Below the pieces are notes generated by a model. It had not been told where the DNA came from and made no database searches. It saw only the letters and a program-made list of their open reading frames with translations. A DNA stretch of 54,759 nt from Eledone cirrhosa (lineage: Eukaryota). The position numbers were made by a program, and so were the translations under genes. Below, in pieces: positions 13,792 to 31,871 of this stretch; positions within the stretch are counted from its first letter, which is position 1; every line of letters begins with the position of its first letter. The stretch lies in contig CAXHJY010000067.1 in the NCBI GenBank assembly GCA_964016885.1, positions 1 to 54,759 on the forward strand, read 5' to 3'.

Positions 13792-14260
13792 TAATTTTAT
13801 ACATCCATCCTCCTGTTAAAAACCACAACCACCACGGAACACAACTCTCGTTGCAGTCACGTCGAAAAAGCTATCAATATTTGTTTACATTTCAGCGCGA
13901 ACGTAAATCTCTGCAAATATAACTTTCGGCTTAATGCCGTCGGCAAAATGGCGGAGTGTTAATTGTGTTAAGCGGCCATTTTGGTTTAAAGCATTTCTTA
14001 CAGAAATGTGTTGCTGCAGTTGTTGTTGTAGTTGTCGTTTAATTTTTCCTTTTATATTTTGAAGTTTCGTTAGTGTTTGTTCCATATGTGGCCATCTCGA
14101 GTAATATTGTGTTAGAATGTCATAGTGTATCTAGGAGTACACTGTATGTCCATTTTGTTGTGTTAGTATATGATGGTAGTGTCATTGGTAGTTACCTTTT
14201 TGTTGTTGGTGTTTATATATATTATATATATGTATATATATATATATATATGCATATATA

Positions 14261-14333
<73 letters not shown>

Positions 14334-14396
14334 TTATATGTATATATGTATGTATATATATGTGTGTGTATATACATATATATATATGTATATAAA

Positions 14397-14445
<49 letters not shown>

Positions 14446-14576
14446 ATGTATATATTCTTTCCATATATTGTACCGATTGTGTTGTTATTTCTGTTTACCT
14501 TTTATATACATACATACATACTATATATATATATATACACACACATACATACATATATATATACATACATACATAC

Positions 14577-14666
<90 letters not shown>

Positions 14667-15284
14667 ATATATATACATATATATATATATATAATATATA
14701 ATATATATATGTATATATACGTATATGTAGTATATATATATAATATGAATATTACATACACACACACACACACACACACATATAAGCATATATATACATA
14801 TATATATACCACATCTGATGAGAAGATACGGGTTTGAGTCAGGGCTACAAAAACAAATATGGACCTTGAGCCAGCCAAATGCGAAACATACGTAACTGAG
14901 CTAAATCTATGTATCCCCCTCAACGAGAAACCACGTTCGTTTCTTAATATATACGAACTGGCATTTGGGGGAAATGTTTATTGATCTTCTTAAGTAAGTT
15001 AAACTATTGCCTATAATTCTTTCTAGCATTATCGAAAGATTGCTTAATAAAGCCATATATATATATATATATATATATGATGTATATATATATATGTGTA
15101 TATATGTATATGTATATCATACATAAATATGTATATATAAATATGTATATATAAATATGCATATATATGTATATATATATATTTATATATATGTATATAC
15201 ATATATATATACATGCATATATATGTATATATATGCATATATAACTATATATATATACATATAACATGTATATATATATGTATA

Positions 15285-15320
<36 letters not shown>

Positions 15321-15701
15321 CACGTATATATAAATGTCTCACTAAATGTCTATCTATATGTATATATATACATATATAAATCTCTCTCTCTATATATATA
15401 TATGTATATGTATACACACACATACACACACATATATATATATTTATATATATATTATATATATTTATACATGCATATATATATGAAAAATATTGTGAAG
15501 AACGCTTCGCCAAAATCTAAAGTAAAGGAAATTCAAAAATGTCCTGAAAGGTTTGATAAATTAAGAAAACAAAATGTTCGTTATCTAGAGAACGGGGTTC
15601 AAATATTATGAAAGACTTCAAATATATCTTTTATATATAGCGATAGATGTGTCAATTTCCGGGTGTATATATATGTATGTATATATAAATATATATAAAC
15701 A

Positions 15702-15767
<66 letters not shown>

Positions 15768-15882
15768 AATATATATGTATACATACACACATATATATAT
15801 ATATAAATATATATATGTATACATACACACACACATATATATATATATGTATATATATGTATAAATATCTCTCTCTCTCTCC

Positions 15883-15941
<59 letters not shown>

Positions 15942-15977
15942 AATATATTTATGTATAAATATATCTATATATCTATA

Positions 15978-16035
<58 letters not shown>

Positions 16036-16514
16036 GCATATATATATATATATATAAACATAAATGATCTAAGGTATATACAGAAAATATATATATCTTT
16101 CCATCATCCTTTAATCAACTCCTTCCACCCCTCGCCGCATATTATATGTGTATATATATACATATATATATATATACGTATATATATACAAATTATATAT
16201 TATATATGTGAGCATATAACACGTATGTTTACACTTCCATCAAAGATATGCGTACATACATTAAGAGTTACCCTCCCCTTCTTTAGATCCTTTGTGGTTA
16301 AAGTACTTTATTCAATACAGAGTTCAACGAGTGAAGTATTACGTTGTGTAACTCCCACGTGGTATGGTTATATATTGGTAGCTTCCGGTCTACTCGGCGG
16401 CCATTTTGATCTATCTTTAGCAATGGCTGCCTGTCTGTTTTTCTGTCTCTCTCTTCCTGTATATGTCTCTTTCTCCCCCCCACCTTATCCCTCTCTGTAT
16501 GGTTTATATATATG

Positions 16515-16578
<64 letters not shown>

Positions 16579-16629
16579 TATATATCCACGTTTCTTTCTA
16601 ACTATCAATCAATTTATCTATCTAAGTCA

Positions 16630-16690
<61 letters not shown>

Positions 16691-16760
16691 AATCTATCTG
16701 TCTGTCTGTGTGTCTGTCTATTTATCTCTCTATTGATAACTTCTTTTTTCTTATTGTATG

Positions 16761-16814
<54 letters not shown>

Positions 16815-16868
16815 TATATCTATATATCTATATATATATATGTAAGCGTGTGTATATCTACCAACCTA

Positions 16869-16928
<60 letters not shown>

Positions 16929-17250
16929 CGTGTGTATAGCTACCAACCTATCTATCTATCTATCTATCTATCTATATATATATATATATATATATAAGAT
17001 ATATATATACTGTCCAGTTATCCCTTCTGAACTTCCGGTTGCCATAGAGGGGTGATCTTAAATGTAAGTATGTATATCAGTCTATCTGTCTATCTTTCTA
17101 TCTATTTATTTTGTCGGCCATCTTCGTATATATTAAGTGTTTCCGGTTTACGAATTCGCCATATTATATATCTGTGAGACTCTCTTGCGATCTGTCTAGC
17201 TATTGATGATTTTATGAATGTGGACTTCCGGTGTGTTTTTGAATGTGATA

Positions 17251-17284
<34 letters not shown>

Positions 17285-17294
17285 TTTATATATG

Positions 17295-17631
<337 letters not shown>

Positions 17632-17666
17632 CAAATACATAATTAACACACACTCTTTCTCTATAC

Positions 17667-17716
<50 letters not shown>

Positions 17717-17740
17717 TAATTATACATACATACATATATT

Positions 17741-17813
<73 letters not shown>

Positions 17814-17924
17814 GTGTAGATATATACACTTGTATAGTGTATAGAGTACAGTGAAATGTGACATAATTAGTGATAGAAATTGCTTTAAGTGTCTTTGAGT
17901 TTAATGGAGGTCATATAGTGTAGG

Positions 17925-18396
17925 TGGCGACGGTGGTGGCGGTGGTGGTGTGGTGGTGGTGGAGGTGGTGGTGGTAATAGTGGTGGTGGTGATGGTGGTG
18001 GTGGTGGTGGTGGTGTGGTGGTGGTGGTGGTGGTAATAGTGGTGGTGGTGGTGGTGGTGGTGGTGGTGGTGGTGGTGGTGGTGGTGGTGGGGTGGGTGGT
18101 GGTGGTGGTGGTGGTAATAGTGGTGGTGGTGGTGGTGGTGGTGGTGGTGGTGGTGGTAATAGTGGTGGTGGTGGTGGTAGGTGGTGGTGGTGGTGGTAAT
18201 AGTGGTGGTGGTGGTGGTGGTGGTGGTGGTGGTGGTGGTGGTGGTGGTGGTGGTGGTGATGGTGGTGGTGTGGCGGTGGTGTGGTGGTGGTGGTGGTGGT
18301 AATAGTGGTGGTGGTGGTGGTAGGTGGTGGTGGTGGTGGTAATAGTGGTGGTGGTGGTGGTGGTGGTAATAGTGGTGGTGGTGGTGGTGGTGGTGG
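17925..18396. repeat. (GGT)n tract with recurring GGTAATAGT interruptions
   Basis: Direct inspection. Confidence 0.95.
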
Positions 18397-18469
18397 TCTG
18401 TATTTATAGCAATTACGGCCGTTTCATCTCTGAATTGCTTCATCCCCCCACACCTATATGTATATATAG

Positions 18470-18528
<59 letters not shown>

Positions 18529-18564
18529 TCCTATATATATATATATATACGCACACACACACAT

Positions 18565-18642
<78 letters not shown>

Positions 18643-18702
18643 ATTATATGAATATATATATATTTATATGTATATATATATATAATTATATGAATATATA
18701 TA

Positions 18703-18743
<41 letters not shown>

Positions 18744-18903
18744 CTATATACATATATATATATGTATCTATATACATATATATATGTGTATATATATATA
18801 TATATATATACTATATAGACTCATAATATAGACACGTAAGTATATTATACACATATAATTGTATATATATATATATATATCTCTCTGTTTCTCTCTCTCT
18901 CTC

Positions 18904-18981
<78 letters not shown>

Positions 18982-19151
18982 AAACTTCAAATAGGGTATA
19001 TGCTATAACACATCCCTTTCATCAGCTATCTACTGGAGATGGCAGCAATTTCTGCTTATTCCGACGACATCAATCGCTCCCAGCAGTAACAAAGACGAGT
19101 AAACCAGGTTGGGAAACGTTACTGTTTTGTGATACAACCTGTAGTAAGATT

Positions 19152-19211
<60 letters not shown>

Positions 19212-19345
19212 GAGGTTATATTTAATTTGTTGGGATTCAACAAGATTAAACATTTTTTTTATAACTGATATAAAGCACTCAACAAGTTAGTGGAGTAAAT
19301 ATACAATATATTAACAAATGGAAACTATATTTATTAAACCATATT

Positions 19346-19411
19346 TATTTTATTTTACATATTTCAAGGGCCACCAAGGAAAATTATGGTGCGCTTTCAT
19401 CAGATAAAATA
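19346..19411 (-). ncRNA. Type I hammerhead motif, probably inactive (U16.1>A)
   Basis: Reverse complement: tattttat-CTGATGA-aagcgcacca..tggtggccctt-GAAA-tatgtaaa-ataaaata. Confidence 0.6.
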
Positions 19412-19540
19412 TAATACAGATTAGTTTTATAAATAAATATTGACATACCCTGAAAAAAAGACTATCTAGGAAGCTCCAACCGTTAAGGTGTCTTTTTTTC
19501 AGGGTATGTCAATATTTATCTATAAAACTAATCTGTATTA

Positions 19541-19606
19541 TATTTTATCTGATGAAAGCGCACCATAATTTGCCTTGGTGGCCCTTGAAATATGTAAAAT
19601 AAAATA
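19541..19606 (+). ncRNA. Type I hammerhead motif, probably inactive (U16.1>A)
   Basis: tattttat-CTGATGA(19549)-stem II-GAAA(19587)-tatgtaaa-ataaaata; 8-bp stem I. Confidence 0.6.
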
Positions 19607-19644
19607 AATATGGTTTTATAAATATAGTTTCCATTTGTTAATAT

Positions 19645-19716
<72 letters not shown>

Positions 19717-19853
19717 TATATGCGATATGCAAATCAGATTAAAATGTTTCTTGGGTGTGAATATATTTAAATTTATTGAGCACTCTGTTGATGCTTGTCA
19801 CAGTTGTATACTTGAGTAATATTTCCAATGTCAACGCGTAATACAAACACACC

Positions 19854-19930
<77 letters not shown>

Positions 19931-20005
19931 CAGTATATTAAATATATATATATATATATTTAATATACTGTATATTAAATATATATATATATATTTAATA
20001 TACTG

Positions 20006-20154
<149 letters not shown>

Positions 20155-20777
20155 TACAGTATATTAAATATATATATATATATATTTAATATACTGTATG
20201 TATATATACATATATATATATATGTATATATACATAGAGTATATTAAATATATGTTTATATATATATATATGTATATATACATACAGTATATTAAATATA
20301 TATATATACACACATATATATATATATATATATACAGTATATTAAATATATATATTTACAATTCTCCCTCTTTCCCTCATTCTCTCTCTCACTCTCTCTC
20401 TCTTTCATTCTCTCGCCCTCTCTCTCGCTAATTATCTCTCTCTCTCTCTCTCTCTCCCTCCATCTCTCTCTCTCCCTCATTATCTCTCTCTCTCTCTCCC
20501 TCATTACATCCCACTCCCCCTCTCACCCTCATTACCTGCCAGTCCCCACACCCCCCCCCCCCCTAACTCATTATCTCTCTCCCTGTCACTCTCTGCCCTT
20601 CATCTTTATATAGATTGGTTCCACAAATGCTGTTTACTCAGGCGAACCGCTGTAAGAGCACGCTCCACCAGTTCCGGACAATCGCCAACACACTGTGGCC
20701 ATTGCGTAGCAAATTTTGTCGTGATTGCCCTGTAGAGAGAGGGAGGGAGAGAGAGAGAGAGAGAGAGAGACTGAGAG

Positions 20778-20827
<50 letters not shown>

Positions 20828-20831
20828 AGAG

Positions 20832-20914
20832 AGTTCTGGAAAAGTCTTCGAAAATGGTTTTGGACACACACATATATATATATATATGTGTATATATATA
20901 TATATACACATATA

Positions 20915-20954
<40 letters not shown>

Positions 20955-21000
20955 TATATGTGTATATATATGTGTATATATATATATATATACACATATA

Positions 21001-21087
<87 letters not shown>

Positions 21088-21117
21088 CACACACACACAC
21101 ACATATATATAAATATA

Positions 21118-21200
<83 letters not shown>

Positions 21201-21220
21201 CACACATATATATATATATA

Positions 21221-21296
<76 letters not shown>

Positions 21297-21340
21297 CAGC
21301 ACACACACATATACACACACATATCACATATATATATATA

Positions 21341-21392
<52 letters not shown>

Positions 21393-21482
21393 ATAAATAT
21401 CGTGAAACGGCGTGAATATTTGCAGTTTGGAATCTAGAGTCTAACGCAATCCAAAACCAATTTCGAAGACTTTTCCAGAACT
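20832..21482. mobile_element. MITE-like element with 33-bp inverted repeats and TA-rich core
   Basis: agttctggaaaagtcttcgaaaatggttttgga (20832-20864) matches the reverse complement of 21450-21482 at 32/33; (GA)n outside on the left, (TC)n on the right. Confidence 0.65.
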
Positions 21483-21505
21483 TACTCTCTTTCTCTCTCT
21501 CTCTC

Positions 21506-21567
<62 letters not shown>

Positions 21568-21681
21568 CCCACACGCTAACAGACACATATGCATACAAAT
21601 GTACACACACACATATATATATATATATATCTATATATCTATATATATATATCTATATATATCCATATATATTTTTATGTA

Positions 21682-21742
<61 letters not shown>

Positions 21743-21878
21743 ATATATGTAAAAGTTCTATTTAAATTGTTGGGATACAACAAGCAAATATTTTTATAAC
21801 TGATATAAAGCACTCAACAAATATTTGGAGTAAAAATACGATATATTAACAAAGAAACTATATTTATAAAACCATATT

Positions 21879-21943
21879 TATTTCATTATTCATATTTCAA
21901 GGACACCAAGTTAAATTATGGTGTGCTTTCATCAGATAAAATA
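21879..21943 (-). ncRNA. Type I hammerhead ribozyme motif, left arm
   Basis: Reverse complement: tattttat-CTGATGA-aagcacacca..tggtgtcctt-GAAA-tatgaATA-atgaaata. Confidence 0.7.
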
Positions 21944-22119
21944 TAATGTAGAGCAGTTTTATAAATAAATATTGACATACCCTTAAAAAATGCAACCATT
22001 ACTGTTGGAAGCTCCCGGATTGTCTATCCGGATAGTCTATACTATCCGGAGCTTCCAATAGCAATAGTTGCATTTTTTAAGGGTATGTCAATATTTATTC
22101 ATAAAACTGCTCTATATTA

Positions 22120-22184
22120 TATTTTATCTGATGAAAGCGCACCATAATTTAACTTGGTGTCCTTGAAATATGTATAATGAAATA
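22120..22184 (+). ncRNA. Type I hammerhead ribozyme motif, right arm
   Basis: tattttat-CTGATGA(22128)-aagcgcacca/tggtgtcctt (9 of 10 pairs)-GAAA(22165)-tatgtATA-atgaaata; predicted AUA cleavage after 22176; AATAAA follows. Confidence 0.75.
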
Positions 22185-22311
22185 AATATGGTTTTATAAA
22201 TATAGTTTCCATGTGTTAATATCGTATTTTTACTCGAAATATTTGTTGAGTGCTTTATATCAGTTATAAACATATTTGCTTGTTGTATCCCAACAATTTA
22301 AATAGAATTTT

Positions 22312-22382
<71 letters not shown>

Positions 22383-22397
22383 GTATGTATATATGTA

Positions 22398-22428
<31 letters not shown>

Positions 22429-22435
22429 GTATTTA

Positions 22436-22482
<47 letters not shown>

Positions 22483-22515
22483 ATATATATATATATATAT
22501 GTATGTATATATGTA

Positions 22516-22554
<39 letters not shown>

Positions 22555-22561
22555 GTATTTA

Positions 22562-22592
<31 letters not shown>

Positions 22593-22631
22593 CTATCTAT
22601 ATATATATATATATATGTATGTATATATGTA

Positions 22632-22686
<55 letters not shown>

Positions 22687-22756
22687 TTATATATGTATAC
22701 ATACATATATACATATATATATATAATATATATATGTGTATATGTATATCTATCTA

Positions 22757-22848
<92 letters not shown>

Positions 22849-23085
22849 TATACTCGTATATATTTGTGTGTGTATATATGGGTATGTATGTCTGTACGTT
22901 TGTCATCGTAGAAAAGAAGGTGAAGAAGCCATCATGAGCATCGTCACAAGTAGGACACTAAACGACCACAAACACTACACCGACCACACATCACCTGCAA
23001 CACCACCATAATGCCACATGTACACACACACACACACACCCTAGCCAGTCACACACCACACCACACCACACCCCCTAACACCCCC

Positions 23086-24404
<1,319 letters not shown>

Positions 24405-24678
24405 AGGGGCCTTACGGCCGTGTGTGTGTCTTTGTGCGTGTGTGAGAGTGTGTAAATGTGTCTGTGTGTGTATGTGTGTATTTGTGCGTGCGTGTGTGTG
24501 TGTGTTTGTGTGTATGTTTGTGTGTTTTGGAGTGTGTGTGAGTGTGAGTATGTTTGTGTGTGTGTGTTTTTGTGTGTTTGTGTGTTTGTGCTGTATATAT
24601 TTGTGTGCGTTTGTGTGTTTGTGTGTGCTTCTGTGTGTGTGTGCGTGTGTGTTGGTGGTGTGGTTTGGTGGATAGTAG

Positions 24679-25678
24679 TACTAACTACTGTACATTAGAT
24701 AATGTAGTCCTAGGTACACCATGTCTGATAGCCACTAATACTAACTACTGTACTGTACATTAGATAATGTAGTCCTATATACACTATGTCTGATAGCCAC
24801 TAATACTAACTACTGTACTGTACATTAGATAATGTAGTCCTAGATACACTATGTCTGATAGCCACTAATACTAACTACTGTACTGTACATTAGATAATGT
24901 AGTCCTAGATACACTATGTCTGATAGTCACTAATACTAACTACTGTACTGTACATTAGATAATGTAGTCCTAGATATACTATGTCGGATAGCCGCTAATA
25001 CTAACTACTGTACTGTACATTAGATAATGTAGTCCTAGATACAATATGTCTGATAGCCACTAATACTAACTACTGTACTGTATATTAGGTAATGTAGTCC
25101 TAGATACACTATGTCTGATAGCCACTAATACTAACTACTGTACTGTATATTAGATAATGTAGTCCTAGGTACACTATGTCTGATAGCCACTAATACTAAC
25201 TACTGTACTGTACATTAGATAATGTACTCCTAGATACACTATGTCTGATAGCCACTAATACTAACTACTGTACTGTACATTAGATAATGTAGTCCTAGAT
25301 ACACTATGTCTGATAGCCACTAATACTAACTACTGTACAGTACATTAGATAATGTAGTCCTAGATATACTATGTCTGATAGCCACTAATACTAAATACTG
25401 TACTGTACATTAGATAATGTAGTCCTAGGTACACTATGTCTGATAGCCACTAATACTAAATACTGTACTGTACATTAGATAATGTAGTCCTAGATACACT
25501 ATGTCTGATAGCCACTAATACTAACTACTGTACTGTACATTAGATAATGTAGTCCTAGATATACTATGTCTGATAGCCACTAATACTAACTACTGTACTG
25601 TACATTAGATAATGTAGTCCTAGATACACTATGTCTGATAGCCACTAATACTAACTACTGTACTGTACATTAGATAAT
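24679..25678. repeat. 65-bp minisatellite, about 15 copies
   Basis: Unit ctaactactgtactgtacattagataatgtagtcctagatacactatgtctgatagccactaata; starts at 24741 and 24806 give period 65. Confidence 0.95.
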
Positions 25679-25857
25679 TTACTACGAGACAAAATATGTC
25701 TTGCGAGTCGATGCTGGGGTCACAGTTGGAACGGAAATCCTTTGAATATAGCTTAACACTATATAGGACTCATCTTTGAACCAAGTATTTGGGTCAAAAG
25801 AGTAAATAGTTTTACCAATGAAATCTCTCTGATATATTTGCACACACACACACACAG

Positions 25858-25929
<72 letters not shown>

Positions 25930-26081
25930 CTATATGTGTTTATATATAATTATATACATATATGTATATGTATGTATATATGTATATATCTATATATATA
26001 CATATGTATATATATATATATATATATATGCATATATATATATATATGCATATATCTATCTATATATATACATATATATAA

Positions 26082-26138
<57 letters not shown>

Positions 26139-26518
26139 TACATATATATATACATACATATATATATATACTTACATGTATATATATGTACATATATATA
26201 CATACATATATTTATATATACTTACATATATATATATATACTTACATACATATACATATATATATATATATATAATATATATATGTTTATATATACATAT
26301 ATACATATATATACACACTCATATATATATGTATACATATACTCACATACATATATACATATACATACATACATACAAACATATATATATATACATATAC
26401 ATACATATATACATATATATATATATACATATACATACATATATATATATATATACATATACATACATATATATATATATATACATATACATACATACAC
26501 ATATATATATATACATAC

Positions 26519-26549
<31 letters not shown>

Positions 26550-26584
26550 CATATATATACATACATATAAATATATATATATAC

Positions 26585-26631
<47 letters not shown>

Positions 26632-26632
26632 C

Positions 26633-26685
<53 letters not shown>

Positions 26686-26816
26686 CATACATACATATAT
26701 ACATATATACATACATACATACATATACATATATATATATATACATATACATATATATATATATACATATACATATATATACATACATATATATATATAT
26801 ACACATATACATATAT

Positions 26817-26933
<117 letters not shown>

Positions 26934-26950
26934 TATATACATATATATAC

Positions 26951-27017
<67 letters not shown>

Positions 27018-27040
27018 TATATATATACACACATATACAT

Positions 27041-27077
<37 letters not shown>

Positions 27078-27340
27078 CATAACCACATCCTGCTTTTACG
27101 AAATTTTAATGAAATTCTTCAGAAATCCAGACAAGGTTGAAGTGGACTCACATATTTCACTAAATTCGTTTCATCGTTCGTGAGAGTGAATGAAGGGGAG
27201 ATAATTGGGGTGGGAAAATACACGTGAGAGGGGTTAGATAGAGAGAGAGGGATAGGGAGAGAGATATATAGTTAGATAGTGATTGTTTTATGTATATATA
27301 TATATATATATATGTGTGTATGTATATGTATATATATATA

Positions 27341-27416
<76 letters not shown>

Positions 27417-27434
27417 ATATATATAAATAAATAA

Positions 27435-27473
<39 letters not shown>

Positions 27474-27503
27474 TACATATACATATGTCTATATAAATGT
27501 ATG

Positions 27504-27543
<40 letters not shown>

Positions 27544-27625
27544 TATATATACATATATACATATATATATATACGCATATACATATATATATATATACAC
27601 ATATATATACATCTATATATATACA

Positions 27626-27666
<41 letters not shown>

Positions 27667-27771
27667 ATCTATATATATATATATACCTATACATACATAC
27701 ATATATATATATATATATTTAAAGAGAGAGAAAAATATAGTCAGAGAGAAATAGAGAGGGAGGGAGAGAGA

Positions 27772-27828
<57 letters not shown>

Positions 27829-28433
27829 GAAAATGAAATTTATAGATGGTAGATTTTGGCTGCTCAGTCACCAAAGACATCAAATATTTACTGTAGAATT
27901 AAATTTCCGTTCTCTCTTCTTTGATATATTTTGTATCTACTCCATCATCATTTGAAATGAGTGGCACAGTGGTTAAAGTTCCCTGGAAAAGATCGTTAAA
28001 CGGTGTGTTTGATTCTAGTTAGTGGAGGTGCAATTCATTTTGTAGTGCTTTTCCTGCGAGGTGCATGGTTTCGCGTTAATCTCGTCGGTTATGAAACCAA
28101 AAAATACGATCAGATCATGCGGCTGTTGTTTTCAAGCCGGGTTTACTGGCAATTTAGCTACTAAGAGTATAATACTCTCCCTGAAAATATAACCAACACA
28201 CACAGACACACACACACACATACATACACTGACACACACACTCATATGCGTATATATATAAATATATATATGTATACACATATATATATATAAAGGAAAA
28301 GAGTCCTATATAAAGGCCCCGACGGCTGAGCTCCAACTGTTTATGTATGTATATATATACGTACATAAATATACATATACATATATACATATATATGCAT
28401 ACATATGTATATATGTATATACATATATATATG

Positions 28434-28552
<119 letters not shown>

Positions 28553-28565
28553 ATATATATACGAG

Positions 28566-28659
<94 letters not shown>

Positions 28660-29000
28660 AATATAAATATATATATACACACATACATATATATACGTAA
28701 ATACCTGGCTATATATTAATCTGCCACCATTACTATATGACGTCATCTCGTCCGATTAACATTTCAAGAAGAACTCATTATTTTTTTATGTTTCTAGAAA
28801 TCTTACCCCGACATCAACCAACACCGCCCACACAATTACTAATACGAACACCCCACCACTACTACTAGCACCTATACTACACAGAACTAGCCACCACTTC
28901 AGCATACACTTGACCACTAAGACTTATACGGCGGCCCCATAATTAACGTGCCCGCTAGAGTCATAAAACTCCGTTCGTTATATCAGAATATTATATGTTT

Positions 29001-29060
<60 letters not shown>

Positions 29061-29061
29061 G

Positions 29062-29137
<76 letters not shown>

Positions 29138-29279
29138 TATGTATTTAAGTATAGGTATATATATATACATGTACATATCTATCTATCTATATATATATAT
29201 ATCTCTATATATATATATACACACACATATATCTATATCTATATATATATATATATATACACACACATATATATATATC

Positions 29280-29334
<55 letters not shown>

Positions 29335-29346
29335 ATATATATATGA

Positions 29347-29385
<39 letters not shown>

Positions 29386-29455
29386 CATACATATATATAT
29401 ATACATATTCATATATATATGCATTTAATTATACACACACACACACTCACACACA

Positions 29456-29505
<50 letters not shown>

Positions 29506-29995
29506 TATGTATATATAATTATATATATAACTGGTTAACCACCACCTTTGACCAGTGGCGAAAGACACGATGTATCTCTCATAAGTCCCTTTTTTATGTC
29601 CACCCAATAAAACCCCCACCCTAAACCTTACCAGGTCCCTTATTTGAAATATTGAGCGGTTCACGCCTTGTTTTCTGAAAATGGCGCAATATTTCGGCAT
29701 GGATTACTTTAGCTGTCTGTAATTTGGATAACTAGCAAATATTGGTATGACTGCTTTGCTGTCTGCCTCTCTTTGTCTATATATCTGGGAGTCTGTGTGT
29801 GTTTGTGTGCGTCTGCGTGTGTGCGTGTGTGCGTGTGTGCGTGTGTGCGTGTGTGTGTGTATATACATATAGGCATATGTATGTGTATAGAAATATACAC
29901 GCATGTATATATATATATGTATAATTGTATATATAAATATATATGTATGTATGTGTGTATATGTATATGTATGTATATGTATATATATGTATATA

Positions 29996-30088
<93 letters not shown>

Positions 30089-30150
30089 GCGTATACATAT
30101 ACACATATATATATATACAATTATACATATATATATAAGAAGAAGAACAA

Positions 30151-30152
<2 letters not shown>

Positions 30153-30204
<52 letters not shown>
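30153..30204. repeat. (AAT)n microsatellite
   Basis: Direct inspection. Confidence 0.95.
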
Positions 30205-30205
<1 letters not shown>

Positions 30206-30492
30206 CTTGCTGGAACTCTTCTCTTTCAAACGTATATGAAAATATTTCCGTGAGCTGGAAAAAAATCATGGTTGTTAGACATGGCCGCGGTGAGACGTCC
30301 AGTGTATCACCACGACTGACAATAATACAGCATTTATTAACAGAAATGTGAAAGTCTTTAAGGATCTGCTTCTTCTCAGCTGTGCATAAGGCGCACATAT
30401 TATTTCGAAACGTACCGTGTGTAGGTTTAAACGTCAGCGGTGAAGTTGTTGGGGGACTTGTGAGTTAGGGTCAGGTACATATCAACGTGGCA

Positions 30493-30920
<428 letters not shown>

Positions 30921-30946
30921 AACATCTACCAATCTTCACCTAATAA

Positions 30947-31085
30947 CTGTTTCTATTTTAGGTACAAGGCCAGCAATTACCCAGTATATTACTGGTACTT
31001 TATTTTATCGACCCCTCGTAAGGATGAAAGGCAAAGTCAACCTCGGCGGGATTTGAACTCAGAGCGTAAAGGGACGTAACTATGC
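30947..31085 (-). mobile_element. 5'-truncated SINE with 14-bp TSD
   Basis: Same family as 4437-4622; TSD tcttcacctaataa (30933-30946) and tcttcgcctaataa (31086-31099), one mismatch. Confidence 0.9.
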
Positions 31086-31173
31086 TCTTCGCCTAATAAT
31101 ATCAATATGTTTCAATATATATTTTAAGGAACTGCCACAACCAACATTGACACCGCCTCTCCACCGCCACAAC

Positions 31174-31240
<67 letters not shown>

Positions 31241-31242
31241 CG

Positions 31243-31277
<35 letters not shown>

Positions 31278-31336
31278 GTGTGTATATATATATGTGTGTA
31301 TATATATATATATATATGTGTGTGTGTATATATATT

Positions 31337-31375
<39 letters not shown>

Positions 31376-31394
31376 GTATATGTATATGTATATG

Positions 31395-31505
<111 letters not shown>

Positions 31506-31574
31506 TGACCAACACATGTAATTATATATCTATATATAAATTCATACATAACCGCTTTGTGTATATATATATAT

Positions 31575-31607
<33 letters not shown>

Positions 31608-31630
31608 AATTCATACATAACCGCTTTGTG

Positions 31631-31871
<241 letters not shown>

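Larger units (their letters stand above)
19208..19650. mobile_element. Palindromic family B copy with truncated right arm
   Basis: Arms about 19301-19462 and 19491-19650 are near-perfect reverse complements; homologous to 21748-22315; (TA)n on both sides. Confidence 0.9.
21748..22315. mobile_element. Complete palindromic family B element (inverted PLE-like terminal repeats)
   Basis: ~270-bp arms are reverse complements along their length (tgtaaaa.ttctatttaaattgttgggatacaac... / ...gttgtatcccaacaatttaaatagaa.ttttaca); short central spacer; embedded in (TA)n. Confidence 0.92.

Noticed and set aside
14815-14895. CTGATGA with a downstream GAAAC
   Set aside because: No stem II complementarity between the boxes.
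18975-19030. Minus-strand CTGATGA-aaggg..ccct-atttGAAG hammerhead candidate
   Set aside because: GAAA box altered and out of register, no stem I or III; at best a decayed relic.
24679-25678. CRISPR-like appearance of regular repeats (also 7272-7836)
   Set aside because: Head-to-tail units with no unique spacers, no cas genes, eukaryotic context.
27958-28030. tRNA/SINE head (tggcacagtggttaa); similar minus-strand remnant at 39545-39606
   Set aside because: Only one convincing box in each and no recognisable body.
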